Shown: positions 19,742 to 28,877 of the stretch, piece after piece
Numbering within the stretch: the first letter of the stretch is position 1
Layout: every line of letters begins with the position of its first letter
Source of the DNA: Leptolyngbyales cyanobacterium
Lineage (GTDB): Bacteria > Cyanobacteriota > Cyanobacteriia > Leptolyngbyales > Leptolyngbyaceae
DNA: 33,074 nucleotides
Direction of reading: 5' to 3'
Assembly (NCBI GenBank): GCA_038250345.1
Contig: JBBSCL010000001.1
Coordinates: 1 to 33,074, forward strand
Program-made: the position numbers and the translations under genes
The notes under the pieces: generated by a model
What the model was told of the DNA's origin: nothing
Databases searched by the model: none
Seen by the model: only the letters and a program-made list of their open reading frames with translations

Positions 19742-20091
19742 CGATGAACCAGAATCTACTTTGGATCGAACAATTGAGATTTAATAAGATGGGATTGATT
19801 CCAGCTATCGCTCAAGACCATCAAGACAATGCCGTGCTGATGATGGCATGGATGAACCGCGAAGCAATTCAGAGAACATTAGAAACAGGTGAGGCACACT
19901 ACTGGAGCCGATCGCGCGCTGAACTTTGGCACAAAGGTGAAACGTCTGGACACATTCAAAAAGTTAAAGCGTTTTACTACGACTGTGATGCGGATACGCT
20001 TCTGTTGAAGATTGAGCAAGTGGGTCATATTGCCTGTCACACTGGAGTCAGAAGTTGTTTTTTCAATACTGTTCAACTCGCTAAAGCGTGA
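19738..20091 (+). CDS. hisI: Phosphoribosyl-AMP cyclohydrolase (stand-alone)
   Basis: [20 protein letters not shown] and ACHTG..SCF. ATGA overlap with the upstream stop. Confidence 0.95.
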   Translation: MTMNQNLLWIEQLRFNKMGLIPAIAQDHQDNAVLMMAWMNREAIQRTLETGEAHYWSRSRAELWHKGETSGHIQKVKAFYYDCDADTLLLKIEQVGHIACHTGVRSCFFNTVQLAKA

Positions 20092-20143
20092 AGCGGTAAA
20101 GCGGTGATGAGGTAATGGAAATGATACAACTCCTTCAACTCCT

Positions 20144-21097
20144 TCATCTTTCCTTCAAATGTTTGATAACCATCTCACTGCCGCGCTGTCGCGTTTTAGG
20201 ATTAATGCCGAACAAGCGGATATATTGATCAGGCTGTTCATGCAGACAATCTTCAATAACAGCGATCGCCTCCGCCTCGCGAGTTGTTTTAATTAATCCA
20301 CAATCAGACCAGGAATTTGCTCGAAATCGCCTGGCATCCGCCTGTTCTACTCCAATGTGGTATCCCTGGTTTAGCAGTCTGCGAATCCAGGCTAACGCTT
20401 CAGGGTTTAAAGGCAAAGAGGATCGATGACCGTTGCTAGATCCATTACTTTGCGAACGATCAGAGTGTCCATTTGATTCATCTCGGATTGCGGCAATACA
20501 CACATTATCATCAGCGCACAGGTATCCCTGCCGAAGTTTTTGATTAACGCTGATCACATGACGGGCAAACGTTGAATCTATTTCTTGAACATCGGGTAAG
20601 CGATCGGCTTGTTGCTGATAGGTAATCACTGATCCGGAAGCCACGTATTTACCTGCCGGAATTTCGACATTCTCAATCAAGGCATGGGACATGACAATAC
20701 AGCCATCCCCAACACTGGCGTTGAATACCGTGGAGCGGAAGCCAATAAAGCAGCCGTTCCCCACATAAGCCGGCCCATGAATGAGCGCCATGTGTGTAAT
20801 GGAGGCATTGTCACTAATCCAAACAGAGTAAGGTTCACCATCATTTCCAGTGACTCGCCCCTGCTCCAAGCCATGAATCACCGCACCATCCTGAATATTC
20901 ACATTTGACCCAATGTAGAATGGCATCCCCTCATCTGCCCGAATCGAGACCCCCGGCGCGATGTGAACCTGCGCCCCAATTCGCACATCGCCAATCACGT
21001 TGGTCAGCGAGTGAATGTAGACGCTTGCATCGATCGCTGGCTCAATAAGCTGTTGTGACCAGGGTGTTGGCGGAGCAGGAATACTGTGGCTGTCCAT
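20144..21097 (-). CDS. CcmM-like gamma-carbonic anhydrase with one RbcS-like domain
   Basis: N-terminus [41 protein letters not shown] and CADDNVC. One C-terminal repeat ([22 protein letters not shown]...YIRLFGI). ATG 21097 chosen. Confidence 0.88.
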   Translation of the reverse strand: MDSHSIPAPPTPWSQQLIEPAIDASVYIHSLTNVIGDVRIGAQVHIAPGVSIRADEGMPFYIGSNVNIQDGAVIHGLEQGRVTGNDGEPYSVWISDNASITHMALIHGPAYVGNGCFIGFRSTVFNASVGDGCIVMSHALIENVEIPAGKYVASGSVITYQQQADRLPDVQEIDSTFARHVISVNQKLRQGYLCADDNVCIAAIRDESNGHSDRSQSNGSSNGHRSSLPLNPEALAWIRRLLNQGYHIGVEQADARRFRANSWSDCGLIKTTREAEAIAVIEDCLHEQPDQYIRLFGINPKTRQRGSEMVIKHLKER

Positions 21098-21104
21098 GCT
21101 AAAA

Positions 21105-21125
21105 TGAGAATGATAATCATTCTGC
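21105..21125. promoter_or_regulatory. Overlapping Zur boxes (carbonic anhydrase / cysS divergent promoter)
   Basis: TGAGAATGATAATCA (21105-21119) overlaps TGATAATCATTCT (from 21111). Confidence 0.85.
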
Positions 21126-21172
21126 ATGATAGCTGCAAACGTTACCCGAAAACTAACAGCCTTAATTTTGCT

Positions 21173-22630
21173 ATGAGCCTCGCCGTCTACAACACCCTAA
21201 ATCGCTGCAAAGAGCCGTTTGCGACCCTTGAATCAGGTAAGGTCACGATGTATTGCTGTGGCGTAACGGTCTACGACGACTGCCATTTGGGTCATGCCCG
21301 CTCTTACATTGGCTGGGATGTAGTGCAGCGATATTTGCAATGGCGTGGCTACCAAGTTCGCTATGTGCAAAACTTTACGGATATTGATGACAAGATCTTG
21401 AATCGGGCAAAGGCGGAAGGCAGTTCGATGCAAGCCATTTCCGATCGCTATATTGCGGCTTACTTTCGAGATGTTCGACAGTTAAATATTCTGGATGCAG
21501 ATGAATATCCCCGTGTCACGGAGCATATTCCAGCGATTCATCAATTGATTCAAGCATTAGAAGAGAAAGGCTATGCTTATGCCGTCAATGGCGATGTCTA
21601 CTATAGCGTGCGGCAGTTTGCGGAGTATGGCAAACTTTCTGGACGACAGCTAGAGCAGATGCAGTCCGGGGCGGGTGGACGAGTTGACCCCGATGATCCG
21701 GCGCAGAAAAAGCAAGATTCTTGTGACTTTGCCCTGTGGAAAGCGGCAAAACCCGGTGAACCTGCCTGGGATTCGCCTTGGGGCAAGGGACGACCGGGCT
21801 GGCAGATCGAATGTTCTGCCATGATCCGGGCACGGCTGGGAGAAACGATCGATATTCATGGGGGCGGTGGCGATCTGGTGTTTCCGCACCATGAAAATGA
21901 AATCGCTCAGTCGGAAGTGCTGACGGGTAAACCTTTAGCCCGTTACTGGTTGCACAACGGCATGGTGACGGTGAATGGCGAGAAGATGTCTAAGTCTCTC
22001 GGTAACTTCACCACGATTCAAGATTTGCTGGATGGCAAATGGTCAGAGTATCCGCAGCCAGTTGACCCAATGGTGATTCGGCTATTTGTGCTGCAAGCCC
22101 ACTACCGGAAGCCATTGGATTTTACGAAGGTGGCAATTACCGCCGCCGAGAATGGTTGGCAAACGCTCCAAGACTCGCTGGCATTGGATTTGCCGCAATT
22201 GAATCGATCACCTCAGATGCCAATCCCTAGTGAACTCAATGCAGCATCAGTCAACCGTTTCCAAACCGCAATGGATGATGACTTCAACACAGCGGCTGGA
22301 TTGGCAGTGCTGTTTGAGCTAGCCAAATCGATCAAACGAGAGTTTAATCTGCGCCAATATCAATCGGAAAAAGAACTCTCTGACATACAGCTACAAACTT
22401 CATTGCAGACTCTCACCCGACTGGCTCAAGTATTCGGCTTGGAAGCCAGTAGAGAAACGTCTTCTGCACCGGAGCCTGATGCTGTTTGGATTGCATCACT
22501 ACTCCATCAACGGCAACAGGCACGGCAGGAAAAACGCTATGCAGAAAGCGATCGCATCCGCAACGAACTGCAAGCCGCAGGAATTATCCTCGTTGACCAA
22601 CCCAATGGACAAACCCAGTGGCATCGATAA
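21173..22630 (+). CDS. cysS: Cysteinyl-tRNA synthetase, probable Zur-regulated second copy
   Basis: [50 protein letters not shown] and MDDDFNT. Confidence 0.96.
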   Translation: MSLAVYNTLNRCKEPFATLESGKVTMYCCGVTVYDDCHLGHARSYIGWDVVQRYLQWRGYQVRYVQNFTDIDDKILNRAKAEGSSMQAISDRYIAAYFRDVRQLNILDADEYPRVTEHIPAIHQLIQALEEKGYAYAVNGDVYYSVRQFAEYGKLSGRQLEQMQSGAGGRVDPDDPAQKKQDSCDFALWKAAKPGEPAWDSPWGKGRPGWQIECSAMIRARLGETIDIHGGGGDLVFPHHENEIAQSEVLTGKPLARYWLHNGMVTVNGEKMSKSLGNFTTIQDLLDGKWSEYPQPVDPMVIRLFVLQAHYRKPLDFTKVAITAAENGWQTLQDSLALDLPQLNRSPQMPIPSELNAASVNRFQTAMDDDFNTAAGLAVLFELAKSIKREFNLRQYQSEKELSDIQLQTSLQTLTRLAQVFGLEASRETSSAPEPDAVWIASLLHQRQQARQEKRYAESDRIRNELQAAGIILVDQPNGQTQWHR

Positions 22631-22656
22631 ATCAACGAAACTAACAGGCACCAAGC

Positions 22657-23721
22657 ATGAACCTAAAATCCATCCTGGAGTTGAGCGCTAAAGAAGTCTT
22701 GTCAGATTATGTGACAGCGATCGCCTGGTCACCGATTGGCAATACCTTAGCGGCTGCCTCTGGTGCGGGGGAAGTGTATTTGCTGAGCAAGGGTGTCGGT
22801 GCGTCTCTGTGTGAGCCAACCGGACAATCCATTGATGCTTTAGCCTTTTCGTTTGACGGCAAGTGGCTGGCAACGGGTGGGCAAGCTGGCAACATTACGC
22901 TGTGGCAGATGGATGGAGATATCCCCAAAGTTGCTGATTACCTTGAATGTGGCTCCTGGGTCGATCGCCTAGTCTGGAATCCGACCTGCAATCATCTGGC
23001 GTTTAGTCAGGGGAAAACGGTGCAAATTTGGGACGCGGAGCAGTCTGAAAGAGTAACCAGCCTGGCAGGGATTGCCAGTTCTCAGGATATTCGCTGGTCA
23101 CCGGATGGAAAGCACTTGGCGATCGCCCTTAAAAGCAATATCCACATTTGGAATGCTCATAATTGGAGTGAGCGACTGTATCAGTGGGAAGTGACCTCTC
23201 CAGCCAGTACGATCGCCTGGTCTCCCGATGGTTCCTATCTCGCCTGCGCGGTTCATGACCACAGCATCGGTGTACTGGACTGGTCAAAGGCGCAACACCT
23301 CCAGCGTGAACCGACCGACGAGAATGACCTCCCAACTTTGATGCGCGGATTTCCTGGAAAAATCCGACAGTTAGCATGGGCAGATCTGCCACCCTCGGCT
23401 GACTTGCCTCCCATTCTGGCAGCCGCCACTCGTGAACTGGTGACGATGTGGACGCAAACCCCAGCAGGCTGGGATAGCTGGGTGCTGGATCTCCACAGCG
23501 GCAATGTTCTGGATGTGGCATTTCAACCCAAGAGTGGGCTTCTTGCCTCGCTTTCGGACGACGGCTGGATCATCTTATGGCAAGCAGCACGGTCAGCGGT
23601 GCAGGTGCTTGAAGGCGCAGAGGAAGGCTTTTCTTGTCTCGCATGGCACCTTAATGGACGACACTTAGCAGCCGGAGGGCAGCGAGGCGAATTGTTTGTC
23701 TGGTCGTCCTGTTCAAGTTAA
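22657..23721 (+). CDS. WD40-repeat beta-propeller protein
   Basis: Repeated AWSPDG..LA / I.LW units. Confidence 0.9.
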   Translation: MNLKSILELSAKEVLSDYVTAIAWSPIGNTLAAASGAGEVYLLSKGVGASLCEPTGQSIDALAFSFDGKWLATGGQAGNITLWQMDGDIPKVADYLECGSWVDRLVWNPTCNHLAFSQGKTVQIWDAEQSERVTSLAGIASSQDIRWSPDGKHLAIALKSNIHIWNAHNWSERLYQWEVTSPASTIAWSPDGSYLACAVHDHSIGVLDWSKAQHLQREPTDENDLPTLMRGFPGKIRQLAWADLPPSADLPPILAAATRELVTMWTQTPAGWDSWVLDLHSGNVLDVAFQPKSGLLASLSDDGWIILWQAARSAVQVLEGAEEGFSCLAWHLNGRHLAAGGQRGELFVWSSCSS

Positions 23722-23737
23722 AGGAAAAAATATAGAA

Positions 23738-23752
23738 TGATTATCATTATCA
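23738..23752. promoter_or_regulatory. Zur box upstream of the flavoprotein / FeoB-like pair
   Basis: TGATTATCATTATCA (1 mismatch), overlapping AGAATGATTATCA. Confidence 0.87.
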
Positions 23753-23775
23753 ATTAAGTTTACTCACTGCTCCTC

Positions 23776-24894
23776 ATGAAAAAGCCGGAAGCGTTTGATG
23801 TCATTGTCGTCGGTGCCGGTGCGGCGGGGATTGGAGTTGGAGTTGTGTTGCAAGACTTGGGTCTGGAAAATTTTGCCATCTTGGAACGGCATCAGATCGG
23901 CGAGTCCTTCCGACGCTGGCCCCAGGAGATGCACTTTATCACCCCATCCTTTCCCAGCCACGGCTTTGGGCATCTCGACTTGAATGCGATCGCCCGTAAA
24001 ACCTCCCCTGCGATCAGCTTCCGACGAGAACACCTGAGTGGTACGCAATACGCCCAGTATCTAGAAACCGTTGCCGACTACTTCAAACTGCCCGTCTACA
24101 CAGGCGTTGCAGTCCAGAACGTTGAACCCTTACCCCAGCATCAAGGGTTTCTGCTTCACGTCCCCGATGGCATTCTCAAAACCCGGTTTTTAATTTGGGC
24201 AGCGGGTGAGTTTCAGTATCCTAACCTGACTCCTTTTCCGGGTGCAGATTTATGTCTGCATAACTCCCAAGTGTCTTCCTGGACAGAACTTCAAGGAGAT
24301 GAATTTGTCGTGATTGGCGGGTATGAAAGTGGTATGGATGCAGCAGCGAATCTAGTGGCGCTGGGGAAAAAAGTTAAGGTGTTAGACCGGGCTGGAACCT
24401 GGGCAAACCCAGATTCTGACCCCAGTATTTCTCTGTCTCCTTACACGCAGCAACGAATCGAGTTGTGTTATTCCACTGGGCGATTAGAACTGATTGGGAA
24501 TGTGGCGATCGAAAATGTGCAGGTAGTTCCGGGCGGTTACGCTGTTTACAGCGAATACAACAAGTGGGTGACATCCACTCAACCTATCCTCTGCACTGGG
24601 TTTGAGGGCAGCTTGAAGCAAATCGCCCCGCTGTTTAATTGGTCTGAAGGCTATGCCAGACTAACTGATGAAGATGAATCCACCTTGACCTCTGGATTGT
24701 TTGTTGTGGGTTCTTCGGTGCGTCATGACAATGTGATCTTTTGTTTTATCTACAAGTTTCGTCAACGCTTTGCAGTGGTGGCAAATGCGATCGCCCATCG
24801 TCTTGGCATCGATACGACACCTCTAGAAATCTATCGTCAGGAGGGCATGTTTCTCGACGACCTTTCCTGCTGCGAGAACGACTGCATCTGCTGA
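23776..24894 (+). CDS. NAD(P)/FAD-dependent oxidoreductase (CzcO/FMO-like) with Cys-rich tail
   Basis: VVGAGAAG, WAAGEF, IGGYESGMD and CTGF, ending in DDLSCCENDCIC. Confidence 0.88.
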   Translation: MKKPEAFDVIVVGAGAAGIGVGVVLQDLGLENFAILERHQIGESFRRWPQEMHFITPSFPSHGFGHLDLNAIARKTSPAISFRREHLSGTQYAQYLETVADYFKLPVYTGVAVQNVEPLPQHQGFLLHVPDGILKTRFLIWAAGEFQYPNLTPFPGADLCLHNSQVSSWTELQGDEFVVIGGYESGMDAAANLVALGKKVKVLDRAGTWANPDSDPSISLSPYTQQRIELCYSTGRLELIGNVAIENVQVVPGGYAVYSEYNKWVTSTQPILCTGFEGSLKQIAPLFNWSEGYARLTDEDESTLTSGLFVVGSSVRHDNVIFCFIYKFRQRFAVVANAIAHRLGIDTTPLEIYRQEGMFLDDLSCCENDCIC

Positions 24895-24898
24895 AGCA

Positions 24899-24922
24899 AT
24901 TTTAGATTTTAGATTTTGGATT
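24899..24922. repeat. Heptamer STRR (ATTTTRG)
   Basis: TTTTAGA TTTTAGA TTTTGGA. Confidence 0.6.
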
Positions 24923-24930
24923 AATCCCCC

Positions 24931-26580
24931 ATGCCCCTCCTTAGCCCTTCTACCCAACGCTCGATCGTCCTGATCGGCAAAGAAAGCACCGGTAAGTCTC
25001 AACTGATTGCCTCCCTGACTGGACATTCTCCCTACAGCACCAACTTTCGCGGCTCAACCGTTGACTGCGAAACCTATGCCGGAGATGGGGTTACTTTTGT
25101 GGATACTCCCGGCATCTTGTATCGTTCTGACACTGCCACAACACGAGTCGCACTGGAACAATTGCAGGCATATGACACGGTGTTGCTGGTGGTCAAAGCC
25201 ACTCATGTCGATGAAGACCTAGCGGATTTGTTGCCTTTAGTGGTGGGTAAGCGGGGCATCGTTGTCATCCCGTTTTGGGACAAAGTTGCACCCTCAGATT
25301 TTACATGTCAGGTGATCCGACGCTGGGAACAGACCTCCAATCTAGCGTTTGTTCCAGTCGATGCGAGACATCTGACCGCCGCGCAGCGTGACGAAATTTT
25401 AGCGGCAATGCATGAGCCGTCAGTTTTTCCCAGTCAATGGCAACCCACGCCTGCGGGTTGGATCATTGAACCCCGTCCCACATTGTTGGAGCATCCCCAC
25501 GTTGGCTGGCTGTTGGCGATCGCCCTACTGCTGCTCCCTGCCATCCTGGCTGTCTGGTCTGCCAATAGCTTTGCGGCGTTTGCCGATCCGCTGGTTCAGG
25601 GATTGGTCAAACCAACCCTAGAAGCCCTCTCTGGCTTGCCGCCCTTACTCAAAGAGATCCTGATTGGACGCTATGGATTGGTGACGATGGGACCGCTGCT
25701 GTTTGTCTGGGCAGTGCCGACAGTCATTCTCTACGCTCTGTTTCTAGGGGCTTACAAAGCCAGCGGTTTAGTCGAACGAATTACGATCGCCCTGCATCCG
25801 CTGTTGCGTCCGTTTGGCTTATCGGGGCGCGATTTGGTGCGTGTGATCATGGGTTTTGGCTGTAATGTGCCAGCCGTGATTAGTACCCGTGCTTGCTCCA
25901 GTTGTTCTCGTAAGACTTGCATTTCGGCGATTGCCTTTGGCTCAGCTTGTTCTTATCAATTGGGTGCCACGCTGGGAGTATTTAGCGCGGCAAATCTACC
26001 CTATCTGGTGATTCCCTATTTGCTTTACCTGGTCATCACAACGTTAATTTACACGGGTCTGGTTGCACCAAAAGCGGCTCGTTCTCCACAAAATACGCTG
26101 GTGATCGAACGTCGCGCCTTTCTGGAAGTTCCCCAGTGGTCAGCGATCTGGCGCGAGGCGAAGGGGACACTCAATCAGTTCTTCACCAATGCCATCCCCA
26201 TTTTCCTGATCATCACATTGATTGCTTCTATCTTCGACTGGCTGGGTGTTTTGAATGCCTTGAGCGGATTGATCAATCCGGCAATGCGGTTATTTGACCT
26301 ACCACCGGATGCAGCATTGCCTGTAATTTTGGCATCCATTCGCAAAGATGGCTTGCTGCTGTTTGCTGAACCGAACGCAGCCAGTGGATTGTCTCCGCTG
26401 CAAATCCTCACAGGCGTTTATTTAGCAGGTGTGTTGTTGCCTTGTTTAGTCACGGCGCTAACGATTGCCCGTGAACAGTCGCTCAAGTTTGCGCTGGGGT
26501 TGATGGCACGACAGGCGATCGCCGCAATCGTCTTCACCTTAGTCCTGGCTTGGGGAGGTCGTTTGCTCTGGGCAACTTGA
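24931..26580 (+). CDS. Compact FeoB-like GTPase fused to a gate-domain permease
   Basis: G1 GKESTGKS, G2 NFRGSTV and G3 DTPG. Membrane part has GFGCNVPAVISTR, CSSC, SACSY and LPCLVT. Confidence 0.85.
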   Translation: MPLLSPSTQRSIVLIGKESTGKSQLIASLTGHSPYSTNFRGSTVDCETYAGDGVTFVDTPGILYRSDTATTRVALEQLQAYDTVLLVVKATHVDEDLADLLPLVVGKRGIVVIPFWDKVAPSDFTCQVIRRWEQTSNLAFVPVDARHLTAAQRDEILAAMHEPSVFPSQWQPTPAGWIIEPRPTLLEHPHVGWLLAIALLLLPAILAVWSANSFAAFADPLVQGLVKPTLEALSGLPPLLKEILIGRYGLVTMGPLLFVWAVPTVILYALFLGAYKASGLVERITIALHPLLRPFGLSGRDLVRVIMGFGCNVPAVISTRACSSCSRKTCISAIAFGSACSYQLGATLGVFSAANLPYLVIPYLLYLVITTLIYTGLVAPKAARSPQNTLVIERRAFLEVPQWSAIWREAKGTLNQFFTNAIPIFLIITLIASIFDWLGVLNALSGLINPAMRLFDLPPDAALPVILASIRKDGLLLFAEPNAASGLSPLQILTGVYLAGVLLPCLVTALTIAREQSLKFALGLMARQAIAAIVFTLVLAWGGRLLWAT

Positions 26581-26592
26581 TTGAAGCGCAGC

Positions 26593-27116
26593 TTAATTAC
26601 AGCGAGTCACTTGGGCAGTTTGCAGCACAATCTGATCAATGGCTTGCGTCATCACTTGAGCGGATTGACCAGGCGGATTGACCACAATGCTAAAGGCGAT
26701 CGTGCCATGGTCAGCATTCTCCAGATAGCCAGACAATGCCTTCACCCCTTGTAAGGTTCCGGTTTTGGCATAAACTCTACCTTGAACGGGGGGATCGCGG
26801 AAGCGATTTCGTAAGGTTCCATTCACCCCGGCTACTGATAAAGAGTGATAAAACAGCCCACTTTCATCATGGGTATACATTTCTCTCAGCAGCGTCACAA
26901 AGGTCGATGGCTTCGCCCGATTGTGTCGAGATAATCCTGATCCATCTACCTGCTCATAACTGTTTGAGTTTACCCCCAATAAAGCGAGGGCAGATCTAAC
27001 CGCACGTTGACCGCCGATGCGGCGAAGCAGGGCATCCGCCAGGTCATTATCACTATCTCGGTTGATCACGGTCACCCAATTCTCAAAAGATAATCGGTTC
27101 TGAGGAACGCGATCGC
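26593..27116 (-). pseudogene. dacB: C-terminal fragment of D-Ala-D-Ala carboxypeptidase (peptidase S13)
   Basis: SDN, DGSGLSR, AGVNGTL and AKTGTL..V.ALSGY are present. The N-terminal SxxK is absent and the 5' side runs into receptor sequence. 5' boundary approximate. Confidence 0.8.
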
Positions 27117-28195
27117 GCCTGACAACTCTGCCGCTCCCCGTTCTCGAAGATCTCAGTACTCCGATAACCAGCATTGAAGCGGTAGAGAGCAGTTTTAGAA
27201 TCATTTAACGGTCCAGAGAGATCGATTGTCCCTTGATAGTCATTAAAACTACCAATAGTCGTGCTGATTTCGTAAAACGGATCGCGCAGTGGCTGTTTCG
27301 TCACAAAGTTGACAGTGCCGCCAATGCCACTGAATCCAGTGTCGCCATACAAAACGGAGGCAGGTCCCTTTAACACTTCTAACCGTTCTACATTGACAAA
27401 GCTACCATCTGAAGAAATTTGTGGATCGGGAAGTCCGTTTACCAGAGAGTTAGAATATACCTCGAAGCCTCGAATCGTAAAGTAGTCTCTACTTCCATCT
27501 GTGGTAGAAACTGAGGTTACGCCGCTGACGTTTTCCAATCCATCTGTGATGCTTCTTGCTTGACGATCTTGCAACACCTGTCGCGGCACCACCTGAATCG
27601 ACTGGGGAATATCTCGTAAGGGCGTGTCGGTTCTCGTTCCCACTGAGCTATTCGGCACACGATAGCCCTGCTGTCCTTCGCCCGTCACCACAATTTCTTC
27701 ATCGGGTTCGTCCGCTTCCGGGTTGAGGCTATAGGCAAGTCCTGCGGCTTTCAGCGTCACGTCTTGTTTGGGCAGTGCGGTTTTTCCGGTTACGCTCACC
27801 CGAATGCTGTTAGCATCCACTTGCACCACGCGGATGTTAGCAATTTCCTCAGTGGGGTTCTCAACATTGAAGGGTTGAGTAGTTGGCAATGCCAGCACCG
27901 CATTGGGAATATCTGCAACCAGGCTATTGCCTTCGGCTCTAAATTTGCTGGCATCCACTTGTAGGGAGCGGTTGTCCTGGGTTTCCAGAATGATTTCCAG
28001 CCCCGCAGCAGTTGGGTTGACTTTCACGGCAGTAACTTGAGCATTGGCGGCTTCTACCTGTGCTATCCATTCCGTCACACTTTTTGCCGGACGAGCCAGA
28101 TCGCGAATTCGAGTCGTTGGCTCTGCCCACGCCGATCGCATTCCCATAACTGAAAACACACCTGCTAAAAAGAGCAATCGCAATTCGTGTCTCAT
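27083..28195 (-). pseudogene. Truncated AMIN-domain TonB-dependent siderophore receptor no. 1
   Basis: Signal peptide, AMIN, EEIVVTG and plug (DIPQSIQVV, ERLEVLKGPASVLYG). Breaks off near 27150 at the start of the barrel. Confidence 0.88.
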
Positions 28196-28210
28196 CACCA
28201 CACACCCACT

Positions 28211-28230
28211 TAATACAAATCTTTCTCAAG
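28211..28230. promoter_or_regulatory. Fur-type box upstream of receptor no. 1
   Basis: Minus strand CTTGAGAAAGATTTGTATTA. Confidence 0.5.
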
Positions 28231-28268
28231 TAGCTTACGGTCAAGTGGTGAGGTATAGGCGATCGCTA

Positions 28269-28309
28269 GTTTGCTCAAACGGAATTTCTTGTTTGCTCAA
28301 ACGGAATTT
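28269..28309. repeat. 19-bp perfect direct repeat with 22-bp period; putative AraC operator
   Basis: GTTTGCTCAAACGGAATTT at 28269 and 28291. Confidence 0.8.
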
Positions 28310-28324
28310 TTTGCCAAACCGTCC

Positions 28325-28420
28325 CTAGGACAGCAGGGGCTGTAGCAACGCAATTAATTCAGGAATATCCTGACGAACGGCATTTCATATATCTTGAATG
28401 GACTGCTGATCACGCGACAT
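28325..28420 (-). pseudogene. HEPN (HepT/DUF86) toxin remnant with internal deletion
   Basis: Reads MSRDQQSIQDI*NAVRQDIPELIALLQPLLS* and overlaps the MNT stop. Both termini are DUF86-like and the core is missing. Confidence 0.72.
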
Positions 28421-28724
28421 AGAGCACTTGAGCCGATTGCAAAATGGTGGAGCGCCGATCGAGGTTATGGCTTTGCTCAATCGATTTCTTGGTTAAAAGA
28501 TCCACATTTCGCTCCAGCAAATCCTCTAATTCGTGCTTGATCCGAGCCAGAGTCAGCAAGCCCTTTCGAGCATTGGGCGCAAACGTGATTAATACATCAA
28601 TGTCGCTGGTGGGTTGAAAGTCCTCTCGTAGGACTGATCCAAACAGCGCGAATTCGACAATCTGCCAGCGATCGCACAGTTCTTTAATATGAACCATCGG
28701 TAAGTCGAGATTTTGAATGACCAT
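28410..28724 (-). CDS. Minimal nucleotidyltransferase (MntA-type antitoxin)
   Basis: LFGSVLREDF..SDIDVL and LLERNVDL. Confidence 0.9.
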   Translation of the reverse strand: MVIQNLDLPMVHIKELCDRWQIVEFALFGSVLREDFQPTSDIDVLITFAPNARKGLLTLARIKHELEDLLERNVDLLTKKSIEQSHNLDRRSTILQSAQVLYVA

Positions 28725-28877
28725 CGTGCTAAACCCCAATGTTCCGGTTGTTGATCAAACACTTTCGATCACAGCATAACCGCGATCTCTTCGAGTTACC
28801 CGCAAGGAGTCGCCGCCTTTCCCGATCACTCCTCCACAGCCCTGCACACGATTCCCACTCTGGTCAAACGGAATTTT

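Noticed and set aside
21086-21172. Long N-terminal extensions of cysS (from 21086) and the carbonic anhydrase (from 21127) in the ORF track
   Set aside because: They overlap each other and the Zur box. Family-typical N-termini begin at 21173 and 21097.
26593-27204. 203-aa ORF as a complete dacB
   Set aside because: Its first residues are an alternative frame of the receptor fragment and the catalytic SxxK is missing.
28269-28309. Direct repeats as a CRISPR array
   Set aside because: Only two copies, no spacers of CRISPR length and no cas genes. The same applies to 30646-30687.
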